Source of the DNA: a bacterium
GTDB lineage: Bacteria > UBA8248
Assembly: GCA_965207065.1 (NCBI GenBank)
Contig: OZ242260.1
Coordinates: 2,240,001-2,304,000, forward strand
Direction: 5' to 3'
Length of the DNA: 64,000 nt
Part shown: one piece after another, positions 1 to 11,319 of the stretch
Layout of the letters: the number at the start of each line of letters is the position of its first letter
How positions within the stretch are numbered: position 1 is the stretch's first letter
Program-made: the position numbers and the translations under genes
The notes under the pieces: model-generated
Told to the model about the DNA's origin: nothing
Seen by the model: the letters and a program-made list of their open reading frames with translations, nothing else
The model's database searches: none

Positions 1-431
1 CGTTCCCAGCGCCGTCTCAGGCGCTCGACTTCTCGCGCGAGTTCGGGGAAGAACCGTTTCATACGCGCAGTACTAAAAGCCGAGGCGACGATGCGCCGTC
101 GCCTGCGCCAGTCTTCCCCCTCAGCGGCGAACACACCGGCGAGGCCCATCTCCTCCGCCACTCCCGCCAGCGGCTTCGCGCGCCGGAAGCCGTGGGGCCG
201 CTTCCCCAGTATATGGGCTATGGCGTCCGCTTCCGAGACCACCGCGTAATTCCGCCTGCCCAGCGATATACGGTAGATCGGCCCGTATCGATCCGCCCAT
301 CTCTCGAGTATGCAGTGCATCCTCGCAAAACGAATCTGGTGAAGGTTGCCGAGCAGAGGCAGACCCAAAGGTCCGGGGAGGTCACCGAACTTCCTTTGGG
401 CGTTTCTAGTTCCCCTCGTCCCGGTGGCCAT
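1..431 (-). CDS. Cytochrome P450, 5' part of second copy (runs off window)
   Basis: Reverse complement of 42037..42467. Confidence 0.85.
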   Translation of the reverse strand, partial: MATGTRGTRNAQRKFGDLPGPLGLPLLGNLHQIRFARMHCILERWADRYGPIYRISLGRRNYAVVSEADAIAHILGKRPHGFRRAKPLAGVAEEMGLAGVFAAEGEDWRRRRRIVASAFSTARMKRFFPELAREVERLRRRWE

Positions 432-885
432 TTTCAAGTTTACCGAATAAACGACGCCATGCGCTCATATGCCGGCGAGGCCGAGTATCGCCGCTACAGC
501 CGCAGCGATACTCGAAAGCATAGAAACCACACCCAGAAACAGGCGTAGCGGGCTTCTCGCCTCTACTTCCGTATCCTGGGGAAACATCCGCTTCAAAAGG
601 CCGGGCGCGAACGTGGCAGCAGACAGCGAGAAGGCCGCGGCGCCCGCCCATAGGAGATTCGTATCCGTCCGCCCGATGTTCCACAGATACACCAGTGACG
701 CCCCCGAAAACGCCTGAATCGTCAGCCACAGCAACCCCTGGAGCAAGGCTGCGAAACGGCACGCCTGGACACGCTCCCCGCGGCTCTCGAGAACCCGGGA
801 CGCCGCCTCAATCGCACGAAAACGCCACTCCTCCTCTTCAGCGTCCGCACGTATGCGAACGCTGTCGAGCAGCCAAAGGCGGCGA
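1..885 (-). repeat. Inverted duplicate of 41583..42467 (3' part of membrane gene plus 5' part of cytochrome P450); probably continues past window start
   Basis: Position x mirrors 42468-x; ORF translations 465..746(-) and 406..762(-) match the tail of 41287..42003 and 41706..42062; identity ends at ...agccaaaggcggcga (885). Confidence 0.95.
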
Positions 886-889
886 AGCT

Positions 890-2216
890 AGCGGCGGCGG
901 GAGTGGATATGGTCCGGACGTATTCCACAATACGGCGCATGTGGTAGCGGGACCAAATCAGACGATCGAAGACGTCAGGCAAGCGCCGGCGATAGATTTT
1001 TCACGGAACGCTTCATATAGGAACCGGCGTTGAGCCGGACAGGAATCAACTCGGGACGACAGGTGAACATGGTGATGCGGCTATATCATCAGGTCATGTG
1101 CGCGATGGGGCAGGGCGTGACGCCGTGGTTGCTTATTTCAGCCAGTTCTTATTTACGGACTATAAGAGGTTCAGTACATTCCGGGAGCAACCCGTAGTTC
1201 GGGTTGCCCGGGGGACATCTGCCGCGCATACGGAATTGGTGGTCCGCGCCGTCCAGATACTCAATGCCTATCTTCCCCGTGAGAATCGGATGATATTGAG
1301 CGATATTTCATCGCCATACGGAGCCGACCTTGCTGATGTTCCCTATGGAAAAATTCATATCAACTTCGGCCCGTTTGGAGAACAGATTCCAGAAAATTTA
1401 AGGACACATCAAGGAGTATCAGGTGTCACTTCTATCGTAACTGATATTGATGGAGTGGAACAAACCTATGTAAATTCTTCCCGCATATGGATGAATACGA
1501 GGAGACTGTACCAATTTACCGATGAGGCCAATATCTCGACTATGGCCCATGAACTTATGCACTCTCTCGCATTCGGTGGACACCCGGACGCCGCCAGATA
1601 TCCTGATTCACTCTTGCGCTCCAGATCTCCACGTGGTTTCTCGAGACGAATCCTGGGGCCGATAAACCGTGATGTAATTGCTGCGGCTTTCGAGTATCCC
1701 CCCTCGGCTGCGTCGGCAAACGAACTCGAACCATGGAGCGATACGTCGTTTCATCTGCGCGGCGATATGAATGACGTATCATTCGGCGTTGCTTCTTTTA
1801 ACGGCTTGCTGCAGCCGTGGGCATCCGGTCTGAGACCGGCAACGAATCTGGCGGATAATCTGGCTCTATCGGGAAGTGCTAGCTGGTCTGGACGTCTCCT
1901 GGGGTTCACTTCTCAATCGTAATCACTCGCCGGAACTGCGGATCTCACCATCAACCTCGTAACGCTCAGGGACCAGATTGACTTTACCGGCCTCGAGCAT
2001 TGGGGCGTGAATGCTGCTCCCGGTTCTATCGGCTCAGGAACGACCTGGAATGACGGCGACCTGCGCTATGACGTCGTCGTTCGGGGCAATACGTTCACGC
2101 AGTCGGGTGGCGATACCGGCGAAGTTACGGGTGCTTTCTTCGGCCCAAATCACGAAGGGATGGGCGGTATCGTCGAGAGAAGCGATATGTCCGCCGGATT
2201 CGGCGGAACGCGTTAG
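890..2216 (+). pseudogene. Zinc metalloprotease plus C-terminal TbpB-like barrel protein, paralog 1 (5'-truncated, frameshifted, nonsense codon)
   Basis: HELMHSLAFGGH motif; in-frame TAA at 1920-1922 separates 1098..1922 from 2007..2216; C-terminal GAFFGPNHEGMGG...FGGTR; Gly-linker and RQAP motif in another frame at 890-1033. Confidence 0.75.
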
Positions 2217-2251
2217 AAAAGTGCCTGAAAATTCACCCTTTCATAATCATA

Positions 2252-3820
2252 ATGAGAACAAACCACTTGCGAAATAAAAATCGTTTCACTCAAATGGCAT
2301 TCTCCGTTCTTCTCTCTTTGGCGTTGATATTGCTTGGCTGCGGCGGTGGAGGCGGGGGCGGGAGTGCGGTTATCCCGAGAACACCTTCTGTCATTCCATC
2401 TTCTGTCATTCCGCTGCAAGCACCTGTTCATACGCGACAGGCCCCGATAATCGAATATAGCGATACCGTGCATGTGGGAGCCGGAGTCAGGCCGGAGGCG
2501 AACCAGCTTGCATCAGTGAGACAGGATGGCGATACGGTTATCTCATCCGGTCATGTGCGCGATGGAGCGGGTCGTGAGGCCGTTATCGCATTCCTGGGCC
2601 AATTCATCGAAAACTTTAGCCAGCTCTACGATAGCGAACCGTCGCTTCATACATGGGTAAGTCCGCCGGTAGTCCGCGTAGCGGAAGGAACCACCCCCAG
2701 GCAGACGGATTACGCCGTGCAGGCGGTACAGATAATCAACGCATATCTTCCTCGTGAAAACAGGCTGCGATTCAGCAGCGTTCCTTCCCCGCCGGGCGTC
2801 GGCACTTTTGAAGTATCGGAAGGGGATATTTTTATCGATTTCGCGCCGCACAGCCGATGGAACCCGCCGAGCAGACTGGTATATCGCGGAGTAGCGCGTC
2901 CGGCTCCTGTTTCCATTGCCGAATTTGAAGGCGGGCCAAGAACATTCCTAGAAATGCACAGCGCCAGAATATGGATAAATGAGGACAGGCTCGGGAATTT
3001 TACCCATGAGGCTAATATTCTGCTGCTGGCCCACGAACTTCTACACGCCCTTGGTTTACGACCTGGACACCCGGATTACGACATTTACCGTGACTCGATT
3101 ATGCGATCGCGTGTTCCCCGTTCGTATTCAGACCGCATTCTCGGCCCGGTTGACCATGAGCGATTCAGGCCATTTACGCCGCTTATGAGCCGGGCGAGAC
3201 GGACGTGCACAGCCTTGGCGCATGGAGCGATACATCGTTCCACGTTCGCGGAGATATTGGAGATATCGCATTCGGCGCGACCTCGAGAAACGGCCTGGTT
3301 CAGCCCTGGGCAAGAGGTCCCAAACCGGAAAACGACCTGACCGATAACCAGTCGCTATCGGGGAACGCAAGTTGGTCGGGCCGCCTCCTGGGAATGACTT
3401 CCGGTTCCGAGCCACTGAGCGGACATACCCGATTGAGCATCAACATCGGAACGCTCAGGGGGGCAGATTAACTTCATGGATTTGGAATATGTCGATTCAG
3501 GAACAGCCTGGAATGACGGTGATCTCAGCTATAGCGTCATCGTCAGAAAGAATACATTCATCCAAACGGGTGGCGATGCCGGAGAGGTTACAGGAATATT
3601 TTTCGGGTCAAACCACGAGGGAATCGGCGGTGTCGTGGAGAGTAGAGATATGTCCGCCGGATTCGGCGCACGCGATAGAAAAAGATGGAAAGGCAAGAAT
3701 GCAGGAGTGGGGACGGCGAAATATCAGGCTGATTCTAATTTTTTTCCGTTCCAATACTTAAGCTTGGAGTTTATCGCCTCTTCCTGGCAATTCTTGAAGA
3801 ATCACTGCCATTTGTACTGA
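2252..3820 (+). pseudogene. Lipoprotein zinc metalloprotease plus TbpB-like barrel, paralog 2 (two frameshifts)
   Basis: Lipobox LLG-C then poly-Gly; HELLHALGLRPGH; apparent 1-bp loss near 3160 and extra G in the run near 3460; segments 3205..3471 and 3476.. continue the homology to paralog 1. Confidence 0.8.
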
Positions 3821-4537
3821 CTCTTTCGCCCGTTTTCTGACGGCGGGGGAATTCCAGCGGGGGTGAGATTCCGCTATCCTGTTGATACCATTTCTGATAT
3901 TTCTTTTTTTTTCGAGATTGGTTGGGGGCTTGCTCCCTATTAAAAAGCAACCAAAACGGAAGCGGGCGAATTCTAACTCCTGCGCATGCCGGCACGTAAT
4001 TGTCGAAGCGTCTCCCGAATCCGCCCGATTCAGCAAGTCATTTCCTGGATTACCCGATAATTTTGTCGCAACCTCCGAGATGTTGCGGCTGATTGTCTCG
4101 AACCGGCCTCCAGTCCGACTTTCTGCATGCCACGAGTGATGACTCGTGTGACGATAATGGCTGAGCGCAATTAATAGAATTTCGATTGGTGTCAAGCCAT
4201 TCCCATCTCACCGTGAGTGCTCTCCCGCTACAAAAACGACGCTATCGAATTTGGCATTTGCGCTTGTCGGCGAATACAAGTTCGATTACACGATTGAGGC
4301 TAACATGTCATCGTGGATACGGCACCAAATCCTGGGCAAGATCGATGCTCCGGCCCGGATGGGTATATTGCCGCCCGGCAAAATCGTTGATATACCGATG
4401 CAGGCAAGCACGCCCACCTTCCGCACGCTGGCGATGCACTGAGTTCGTAGCGCATTCGGGGTCATGCGCCCGCAACCGCCTGGTTCGGTTTCGGCCGAGG
4501 TAACGGTCACCGGCCTTTCGCCGACTGACCCAGGCAG

Positions 4538-5344
4538 TCATATCGTGCGCGCGCGCCAGGTATTGAGGAACTCGCGCAGGCGATCGCTTCGCGGCCGCTT
4601 GAAGACATCGTCGGGGGAACCCCGCTCGATGACCTCGCCTTCGTCCATAAACACGACTTCGTCGGCCACATGCGCGGCGAATCCCATCTCGTGGGTGACC
4701 ACGACCATGGTCATGCCCTCGCCCGCAAGCTCCTGCATCACCTCGAGCACCTCGCCCACGAGTTCGGGATCCAGCGCAGAGGTCGGCTCGTCGAAATACA
4801 TCACGTGCGGCCGCATCGCAAGCGCCCGGGCGATAGCGGTGCGCTGCTGCTGACCGCCCGAGAGCCGGGCCGGGTAGGCGTGGGCCTTCTCCTCCATCCC
4901 CACCTTGGCCAGCGTCTCCATCCCGATCGCCTCCGCCTCCCGCCTGCCGAGCCTCTTCACCACGCGCAGCGCCTCGGTCACGTTGCCAAGCGCCGTCTTG
5001 TGCGGCCACAGGTTGTAGTGCTGGAAGACCATGCCGATGACGCTGCGCACGCTGTCGATGTTGCGGTCGCTGTCGGGCACACGCCTGCCGTCGACCTCGC
5101 GGTAGCCCAGAAGCCGGCCTTCGATGAACACCCGGCCCTCGTCGTAGCGGTCGAGAAACGCCATGCAGCGCAGAAGCGTGCTCTTTCCCGAACCCGACGG
5201 GCCGATGACGCAGACAACCTGCGAGCTGTCGACCGCGAGGTCGATCCCCCTCAGGACGTGAGCCGCGCCGAAGCGCTTGTGCAGGCCCTCGACCAGGACC
5301 ACGGGTTTGTGTTCCATGGCGCCGCCGGCCTCTTCGCCCCTCAT
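4538..5344 (-). CDS. Polar amino acid ABC transporter ATP-binding protein
   Basis: [28 protein letters not shown]. Confidence 0.95.
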   Translation of the reverse strand: MRGEEAGGAMEHKPVVLVEGLHKRFGAAHVLRGIDLAVDSSQVVCVIGPSGSGKSTLLRCMAFLDRYDEGRVFIEGRLLGYREVDGRRVPDSDRNIDSVRSVIGMVFQHYNLWPHKTALGNVTEALRVVKRLGRREAEAIGMETLAKVGMEEKAHAYPARLSGGQQQRTAIARALAMRPHVMYFDEPTSALDPELVGEVLEVMQELAGEGMTMVVVTHEMGFAAHVADEVVFMDEGEVIERGSPDDVFKRPRSDRLREFLNTWRARTI

Positions 5345-5997
5345 GATGCGTGGCCGAGCCGGCGTTCGAGCACCCCGCCGGTGAGCGCGATGCCCTCGAT
5401 GAGCAGCCAGTAGAGCAGGGCGACCGCCACGTATGGCTCGACCACGGCGAAGGTCTCATTGACCATCTGCGTCGTGTTCTTCGTCAGCTCGGCGACGGTG
5501 ATGATCGACAGGAGGGCCGATTCCTTGACCAGGATAATGACCTGATTGGTGGACGGGGGTATGATCAGCGTCAGCATCTGGGGGATCTGGATGCGGGCGA
5601 CGATCAGCCGGCGCGGGATGCCGAGCATGCGCGCGGCTTCGAGTTGCCCCGCGGGGATGGACTGGAACCCGGCCCTGAAAATTTCTGCGAAATACCCCCC
5701 GCCGTAGAGTCCGAGGCCGATGATCCCGACCGGTTCGGCATCCAGGGTCAGGCCGAACGAAGGCCCCCCGTAGTACAAGATGAACAACAAGGTCAGTATC
5801 GGGATCCCGCGCATGACCTCGATGTAGGCCCGGCACAGAAGCTTCACGGGGCGCAGCGGCAGGCCGTAGAGCACCGCAACCCCGAGACCGGCGGCGACGG
5901 CCAGAAGCGACGCCAGCGCGCAGACATGGACCGTCGTCCACAATCCCGACAGCAACAGCGGGCCATAGCGGAACATGATGTCGATGTCGAAGGACAT
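5341..5997 (-). CDS. Amino acid ABC transporter permease
   Basis: RGIP and AEIFRAG...GQLEAA motifs; hydrophobic. Confidence 0.95.
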   Translation of the reverse strand: MSFDIDIMFRYGPLLLSGLWTTVHVCALASLLAVAAGLGVAVLYGLPLRPVKLLCRAYIEVMRGIPILTLLFILYYGGPSFGLTLDAEPVGIIGLGLYGGGYFAEIFRAGFQSIPAGQLEAARMLGIPRRLIVARIQIPQMLTLIIPPSTNQVIILVKESALLSIITVAELTKNTTQMVNETFAVVEPYVAVALLYWLLIEGIALTGGVLERRLGHAS

Positions 5998-6014
5998 GGT
6001 TTCTCCCGGAGCGG

Positions 6015-6671
6015 CTAGCGCGCCGCCACCGCGTAGCGCCTCTCGAACCAGGCCCCGGCGCGGGCCAGGAACAGGTTCATCGCGAGGTATATGAGGGCCG
6101 CGATCGTGTAGGCTTCCAGCGGCCGGTACGTGACGGACACCACCTGCTGGCTGGTGCGCATGAGTTCGGTCACCGCGATCACCGAGATCAGCGAGGAGTT
6201 CTTGAGGATGCTGATGGTCTCGTTGACGAGCGCCGGCAGCACCAGGCGCATCATCTGCGGGATCAGGATCCTGACCCGGATGGCCGGCATACCGATCCCG
6301 AGCATGCGCGCGGCCTCGACCTGGCCCGGCTGGATGGACAGCAGGCCGCCCCGGAATATCTCGGCCTGAAACGCCGCGGTATTCATCGTCAGCGCGATCA
6401 TCGCCGCGGCGACAGGCGGCACGTCGAGGCCGATTTCCGGCAGCAGGTAGAAGATGATCAGCAACTGCACCAGAATGGGCGTCCCTCGCCAGAAGCTCCG
6501 GTAGGCGGCCGAGGGCCGCCGGATCGACCGGCTACGGGAGATCAGGCCGAAACTGAGCCAGAGACCCAGGATCATGCCGGCGGCGATGGAGACCGCAGAT
6601 ACCGTGATGGTCATCCCCGCCCCGGCGAGGAACGCGCCGTAGTGGTTCGAAATGACGCCAGAAAAATCCAC
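6015..6671 (-). CDS. Amino acid ABC transporter permease
   Basis: RGTPILVQL, AEIFRGG, GQVEAA, LKNSSL. Confidence 0.95.
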   Translation of the reverse strand: MDFSGVISNHYGAFLAGAGMTITVSAVSIAAGMILGLWLSFGLISRSRSIRRPSAAYRSFWRGTPILVQLLIIFYLLPEIGLDVPPVAAAMIALTMNTAAFQAEIFRGGLLSIQPGQVEAARMLGIGMPAIRVRILIPQMMRLVLPALVNETISILKNSSLISVIAVTELMRTSQQVVSVTYRPLEAYTIAALIYLAMNLFLARAGAWFERRYAVAAR

Positions 6672-6701
6672 CGGCGGGACCCGTAGATTGCCGGCCGGCG
6701 C

Positions 6702-7565
6702 CTAGTCGAGCGGTACCGGCAGCTTGTCGGACGGCAACTCCATGGGCCCGCCGAACCACTTCTTCTGAAGCGCGGTCAGCACACCCGACCTGTTGAGCTC
6801 GGAGAGTTGCTTGTTCATGAAGGCGACCAGCGAAGCGCTGTTGTCGTCCTTGCGCCCGGCCCAGCTGAAATACTTCTTGGGACCGAATGTCGGCAGCACC
6901 ACCTCGAACCTGTCCGGCCGCTTGCGAACGAGATCCAGCAGGTTCGGCAGGCTGTTGCAGACGGCGCTGATCCTTCCTGCCGCCAGATCGGCGAAGGCCT
7001 CGTTGAAATCGACGTAGGTCTTGATCCCCTTGACCCCCTTGACCCCCTTGCCTGCGCCCTTGAGTTTGTTGGCGAAAGCCTGGAGGGCCTGGAGCTGCGC
7101 CGAGCCCGCCTGTGAGCCCACCATGCGCCCGGCGATGTCTCCGGGCGCCCTGATTGAATCGTCGCCCTTGCGCTTGACCAGCGCCATGGTCGCGTCGGCT
7201 ATCGGCAGGCTCAGCGCATACTTCTCGTAGCGCGCCCTGGTGACGGTCACCGAAGTGACGACGTAGTCGAACTTGGCCGCGGACAGGCCGGGAAGAATCC
7301 CCTGCCAGGGAAGATCGAGCCGTTTCAGCTTGACCCCCGGCAACGCCTTCATGACGTGCGCCATGATGTCTGTCGAGTAGCCTACGATCCTGCCGTCCTT
7401 GACAAACTCGAATGGCGGGAACCGGGCCTCGGTTCCGACGATGAATTCGCCTCGTTTCTTGATATCGGAGAGGAGGTCCGCTCTGGCCGGACCGCTGGAA
7501 ATGCCAAGACTCGCCGCCACTGCAACTGCAAACCCGACCGCCCACATCCGTTTGAATGAAGCCAT
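6702..7565 (-). CDS. Amino acid ABC transporter substrate-binding protein (family 3)
   Basis: Signal peptide; GTEARFPPFEF, WQGILPGL, KKWFG. Confidence 0.93.
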   Translation of the reverse strand: MASFKRMWAVGFAVAVAASLGISSGPARADLLSDIKKRGEFIVGTEARFPPFEFVKDGRIVGYSTDIMAHVMKALPGVKLKRLDLPWQGILPGLSAAKFDYVVTSVTVTRARYEKYALSLPIADATMALVKRKGDDSIRAPGDIAGRMVGSQAGSAQLQALQAFANKLKGAGKGVKGVKGIKTYVDFNEAFADLAAGRISAVCNSLPNLLDLVRKRPDRFEVVLPTFGPKKYFSWAGRKDDNSASLVAFMNKQLSELNRSGVLTALQKKWFGGPMELPSDKLPVPLD

Positions 7566-7890
7566 TGCCCCTATCCTCCCCTCTCACGCGCGGCGCCGAA
7601 CACGCCGACGCGGAATGGAATAAAGCATCAGTGATTGCCCATGACGGCTTCACCCTCAAAATCTAGTGCACTCCCCGAAGCCTGTCAATCCAGGAGCCCT
7701 GAAGGCTACGCTACGCGATGTCAAGCGGGCCGGATTACCCCGCCCGGCTCAACGATTTGGACGTCACGCCACCGCTCGCGGGCGGACGAGCACAGGTGCC
7801 GGGCCCGATCGCATCGCGCCGGATCGACACCTTGACGCCGACGCGACGCGGGGGTTATGTTGGCGGTTCCAGCCATCAAGGGGGAGCGTT

Positions 7891-8490
7891 ATGACCGGGT
7901 TACAGACGATTCCGGCGCGAAGCGGCAAGGCCGCTCCGGTCGCCAGGGGCCAGAAGATCAAGGTCGTCAATACCCACGGCCAGCAGGTCGTGGACACTTG
8001 GGCTTTCGCGCAGCGCGACCTGCGCGAGTTCATGTCGATGGAACACACCCGCGCAACCTTGACGAAAATGCGCCCGGACGTGGGCGATGCGCTCTACAGC
8101 AACCGCCGCCGTCCCATCCTGACGCTCGTCGAGGACACCTCGCCCGGCGTTCACGACACGCTGGTCGCCGCATGTGACGACTACCGCTACGGCCTGCTCG
8201 GCTGCACGGAATACCACGACAACTGCACCGACAATCTGGCCGCAGCCCTCTACGAACTCGGACTGACGCCGCCCGGGACGCCCTCGCCGCTCAACCTGTT
8301 CATGAACATCCCCTGGGAGCCGGCCGGCCGCCTCGCCTTCGCCGCGCCGGTTTCGAAAGCGGGCGACCACGTGCTGTTCGAGGCCAATCTCGACGTCGTC
8401 GTCGCCTTCTCCGCCTGCCCGCAGGACATCCTTCCGATCAACGGCGAGGCGCGCGAGCCGACCGAAGCGCATTTCCAGATCCTCGACTGA
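7891..8490 (+). CDS. Urea carboxylase-associated / DUF1989 protein
   Basis: GQQVVDTWAF, GVHDTLVAACD, PLNLFMN, SACPQD; RBS-like GGGGAG before ATG 7891. Confidence 0.9.
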   Translation: MTGLQTIPARSGKAAPVARGQKIKVVNTHGQQVVDTWAFAQRDLREFMSMEHTRATLTKMRPDVGDALYSNRRRPILTLVEDTSPGVHDTLVAACDDYRYGLLGCTEYHDNCTDNLAAALYELGLTPPGTPSPLNLFMNIPWEPAGRLAFAAPVSKAGDHVLFEANLDVVVAFSACPQDILPINGEAREPTEAHFQILD

Positions 8491-8529
8491 CCCGCCCCGG
8501 TCGAACTCCGGCAACACCGCTTCCAGACA

Positions 8530-9260
8530 TATGTTTCCCGGACCGTCCGTGATGGTGAAGTGCAGCGGCTTGTAATTGGACATGTAAGTCCCCCGGACGG
8601 TCGCGGCCATAAGCATCACCCACGCCGACCTCGCGGTCTCGATCGTGGTGAAGGTCTGGGTGGGGATGCTCAGGTCGACGAAGCTCTAGCCCCCGGAATG
8701 GTCACGGACCGATACCCGCTGTTGCCTGCGGCGATATGGTCGCCGCCGTCCCCCACGTAGTAGTTCACGGCGATGGGAGCGGCCGGTACCGGATCCTGGC
8801 GGATGCGGACCGTGAAGATCGTCCCCTCCTCAAGGGTGTACAGGCCGCCGCCCTCGGTGACACCCGTCGAGAGGGTGCCCTTGATCGTGATGTAGGCGCC
8901 CCCTGTCGTGAATTCATCGGGAAGCTCGCCGTCGTTGTAGATGGTCACCCTAGCCGACTGGTGGAGCTTGCTACTGACAACCCCGGACGGCACCGAGGCG
9001 ATGTTGAACCGCTCCTGAACCTCGACCGCTGTGTCCTCGGTGGTCTGGATGTCGAAGGTGTGCGAAGCGGCATTGGCCGGGATGGTGACGGTGGCCGAGC
9101 AGGCAGTGTAGTCGCTGCTGCTCGCCGTCTTGTTTGTGCAGGTTATGCCGACCGCCGTGGGCGAGCTCCGCGTCTGGACGATGTTCAGCGTGACGCTAAC
9201 CGCGTCGCCCTCGTACGCGCCGTACGTCGCCGCAGGGGTCGGGGGCGAAGAGGACGGCAT
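8530..9260 (-). pseudogene. Fragment of a Calx-beta repeat surface protein
   Basis: YGAYEGDAV...SSDY...TVTIPA...IQTTEDTAVEVQERF; second repeat EEGT...VTIPGA; frameshift near 8680; 5' end lost next to the IS256 remnant. Confidence 0.65.
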
Positions 9261-9269
9261 CGGGTTCTA

Positions 9270-9718
9270 GACTCTGTCGATGCTCCATGAGATGTGGGGG
9301 GCCGACACCCGCGAGCATGCGAAGAACGCGTTCGAGCGCTTCTGCGCCACCTGGGAGGTGAAGTACCCCAAAGCCGTCGAGTGCCTGGCGAAGGACTGCG
9401 AGGAGTTGTTCGCCTTCTACGACTTCCCGGCGGCGCACTGGCGGAGTATCCGGACGACGAACCCCATCGAGTCGACCTTCGCCACCATCCGGCTTCGAAC
9501 GGCGAAGACGAGGAACTGCCTGAGCGAGAAGTCGGCGCTGAGCCTCGTGCATCAACTCGCCATGAGCGCCGAGAAGCGATGGGGGCCGCTACGCGGCCTG
9601 CGTCATCTGGCGGACGTGATCACCGACGTGAGGTTCATCAATGGGGTGAACGAAAAGGAAACCGGCAGGGAGGCCGCTGAACTCAGGACGGCCATACACA
9701 ACATTTGACAGTAACTCC
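9270..9718 (+). mobile_element. IS256-family transposase C-terminal remnant with right end
   Basis: KYPKAVECL, FYDFPAAHWRSIRTTNPIES motifs; end acacaacatttgacagtaactc. Confidence 0.85.
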
Positions 9719-9814
9719 GGCTCGGCTTATAGTACGCGAAATTGGGACAGACGAAGCTTGGAAGGCGTGCGTGTTGCGCGCGGAGTGCCGGGCGACAGGT
9801 TTGGAGGCGATGCG

Positions 9815-10631
9815 ATGACCATGATGGATTTGGCGAGGGACGTGTTGCGCGCGACGGGAACGACGGTCGCGCAAGCGCTGGGCCTGAACGGCAAGGTGAT
9901 CGAAGCGCGTTCGCGCGAGCCCTTGACAAACCCGGATGATGCGGTTGTTACAATAAGCCGGGTCGCCGGGTCGCCGGGTCGCCGGGTCGCCGGGTCGCCG
10001 GGTCGCCGGGTCGCCGGGTCGCCGGGTCGCCGGGTCGCCGGGTCGCCGGGTCGCCCAACCTGCGTCCGTGGCTTGGGCGATGAATCTGTGCGGCGCATGG
10101 CGGCGCTGGCTCCAGTCTCCAGCATCCCCGTCTGAGTCGGGCCGCTTCGGCGGTGCCGCGGCTGTCGTGCGCCTGTCCATCCTGGCCCTGACGTGTCTGC
10201 TGCTTGCGGGGCTCTCCTCCCAAGCCTACGCGCAGCGTGTGGACAGGACCGGCTGCCCAAATGTGAACCTATACCCAGGAGAGATTGCGAAGAGCGAGAT
10301 TGATCCGCTCATGGCAGCCTACAAGGCCGCCGCCGAAGCACTGCGTGGAGATGCTCTGGCCTACTTGACCAAAACTGGGGCAGCGTTCACTACCGCCGAG
10401 GCTGCTGGGGAGGCACTCCTCCAAGGGATGCGAAGCGTGCGTAATCGAATACGAAGCGGCGGCACAGAAGTCGGCGCTCCGCACTATAATGTCGCGTTTC
10501 AGTGGCAGCTTGATCTGGCCAAGCTCAATGGCGTGTCGAGACGCCTGAACAAGCACACCGGGTTACGACAGGTTGCTAACGACATCAAGTACGATGCGAG
10601 GCGATGTGAAGGCATCACGCGCAGCCACTAG
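9815..10631 (+). CDS. Putative secreted protein, split by the 8-bp repeat (currently out of frame)
   Basis: GGAGG then ATG at 9815, stop at 10135; downstream frame 10053..10631 is open and has signal-like RLSILALTCLLLAGLSSQAYA. Confidence 0.5.
9946..9954 (+). promoter_or_regulatory. Candidate extended -10 promoter (TGtTACAAT), with TTGACA at 9923-9928
   Basis: Near-consensus motif; the -35/-10 spacer of 20 bp is too long, so only the extended -10 is plausible. Confidence 0.35.
9957..10052 (+). repeat. Tandem repeat (GCCGGGTC)x12
   Basis: 96 bp of perfect 8-mer copies counted directly. Confidence 0.98.
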
Positions 10632-10699
10632 TGTGCCAGCCAGAAAACCCCCGTTTCGATCGGAATTCGCTGCATGGGCGAGATGATTCCTCGCACCTC

Positions 10700-10990
10700 G
10701 TCGACTTGTGGAAGGTACGCAACCCGGCTAATGTTTTGGAGGCGGACGGGATGCTGCGGTTCACAGGCATGCGCTTCGAAGACGGCGCGAACTGGAGCGA
10801 CGGCGACCTGCGTTACTTCATCGAAGTCAGCGGCAGGGAATTCCGTCGAGTGTGCAGTTCGTTCGTGCCCAACGGGCCCGCCGACTCCAATGAAGTGCCT
10901 TACTACTGGGCGTCGGGTGAGGATTTCGGGGTCGTCACGGGCGTGTTCTTCGGGACTGCGCACGAAGGGATGGGCGAACGGAAAAGCAAT
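10700..10990 (+). pseudogene. C-terminal barrel remnant of the metalloprotease/TbpB-like family
   Basis: FTGMRFEDGANWSDGDLRY...VTGVFFGTAHEGMG matches the C-terminus of 43642..44520. Confidence 0.75.
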
Positions 10991-11319
10991 AGCAGCTTCC
11001 GGCGCCGGTGCGGGAAGTCGATGACATGCCGCACCTTGAATTTTCAGGAACGCACGAGATGTTGATTGTTGGGCAGTTTCCATAGATACTGGGAAGACGA
11101 TTTTTTTCGATAATCAAGACTGGCTGAACGGTGCTAAAGAGAAAGCGCCCCGGCTCAAATAACGCTTTTCGCCCACTCGTGGTGTCTCGTCGGGTGATGG
11201 CGAAATGGTTATCGTGACGGGAGGCTAATCCAGTTCCCGAATGAGTAGTGGGTTTTCATTTCTCCTCGGAAAAGCCACAAGCGCGAAGTATACAGGGATG
11301 AAATGCCCTTCGCCCGATA

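Noticed and set aside
7570-7890. Guanidine riboswitch upstream of the DUF1989 gene or the SBP gene
   Set aside because: I could not find the ykkC conserved motifs or paired ACGR hairpins by eye; an Rfam scan would settle it.
9957-10052. CRISPR array
   Set aside because: Contiguous 8-mers with no spacers; no cas genes.
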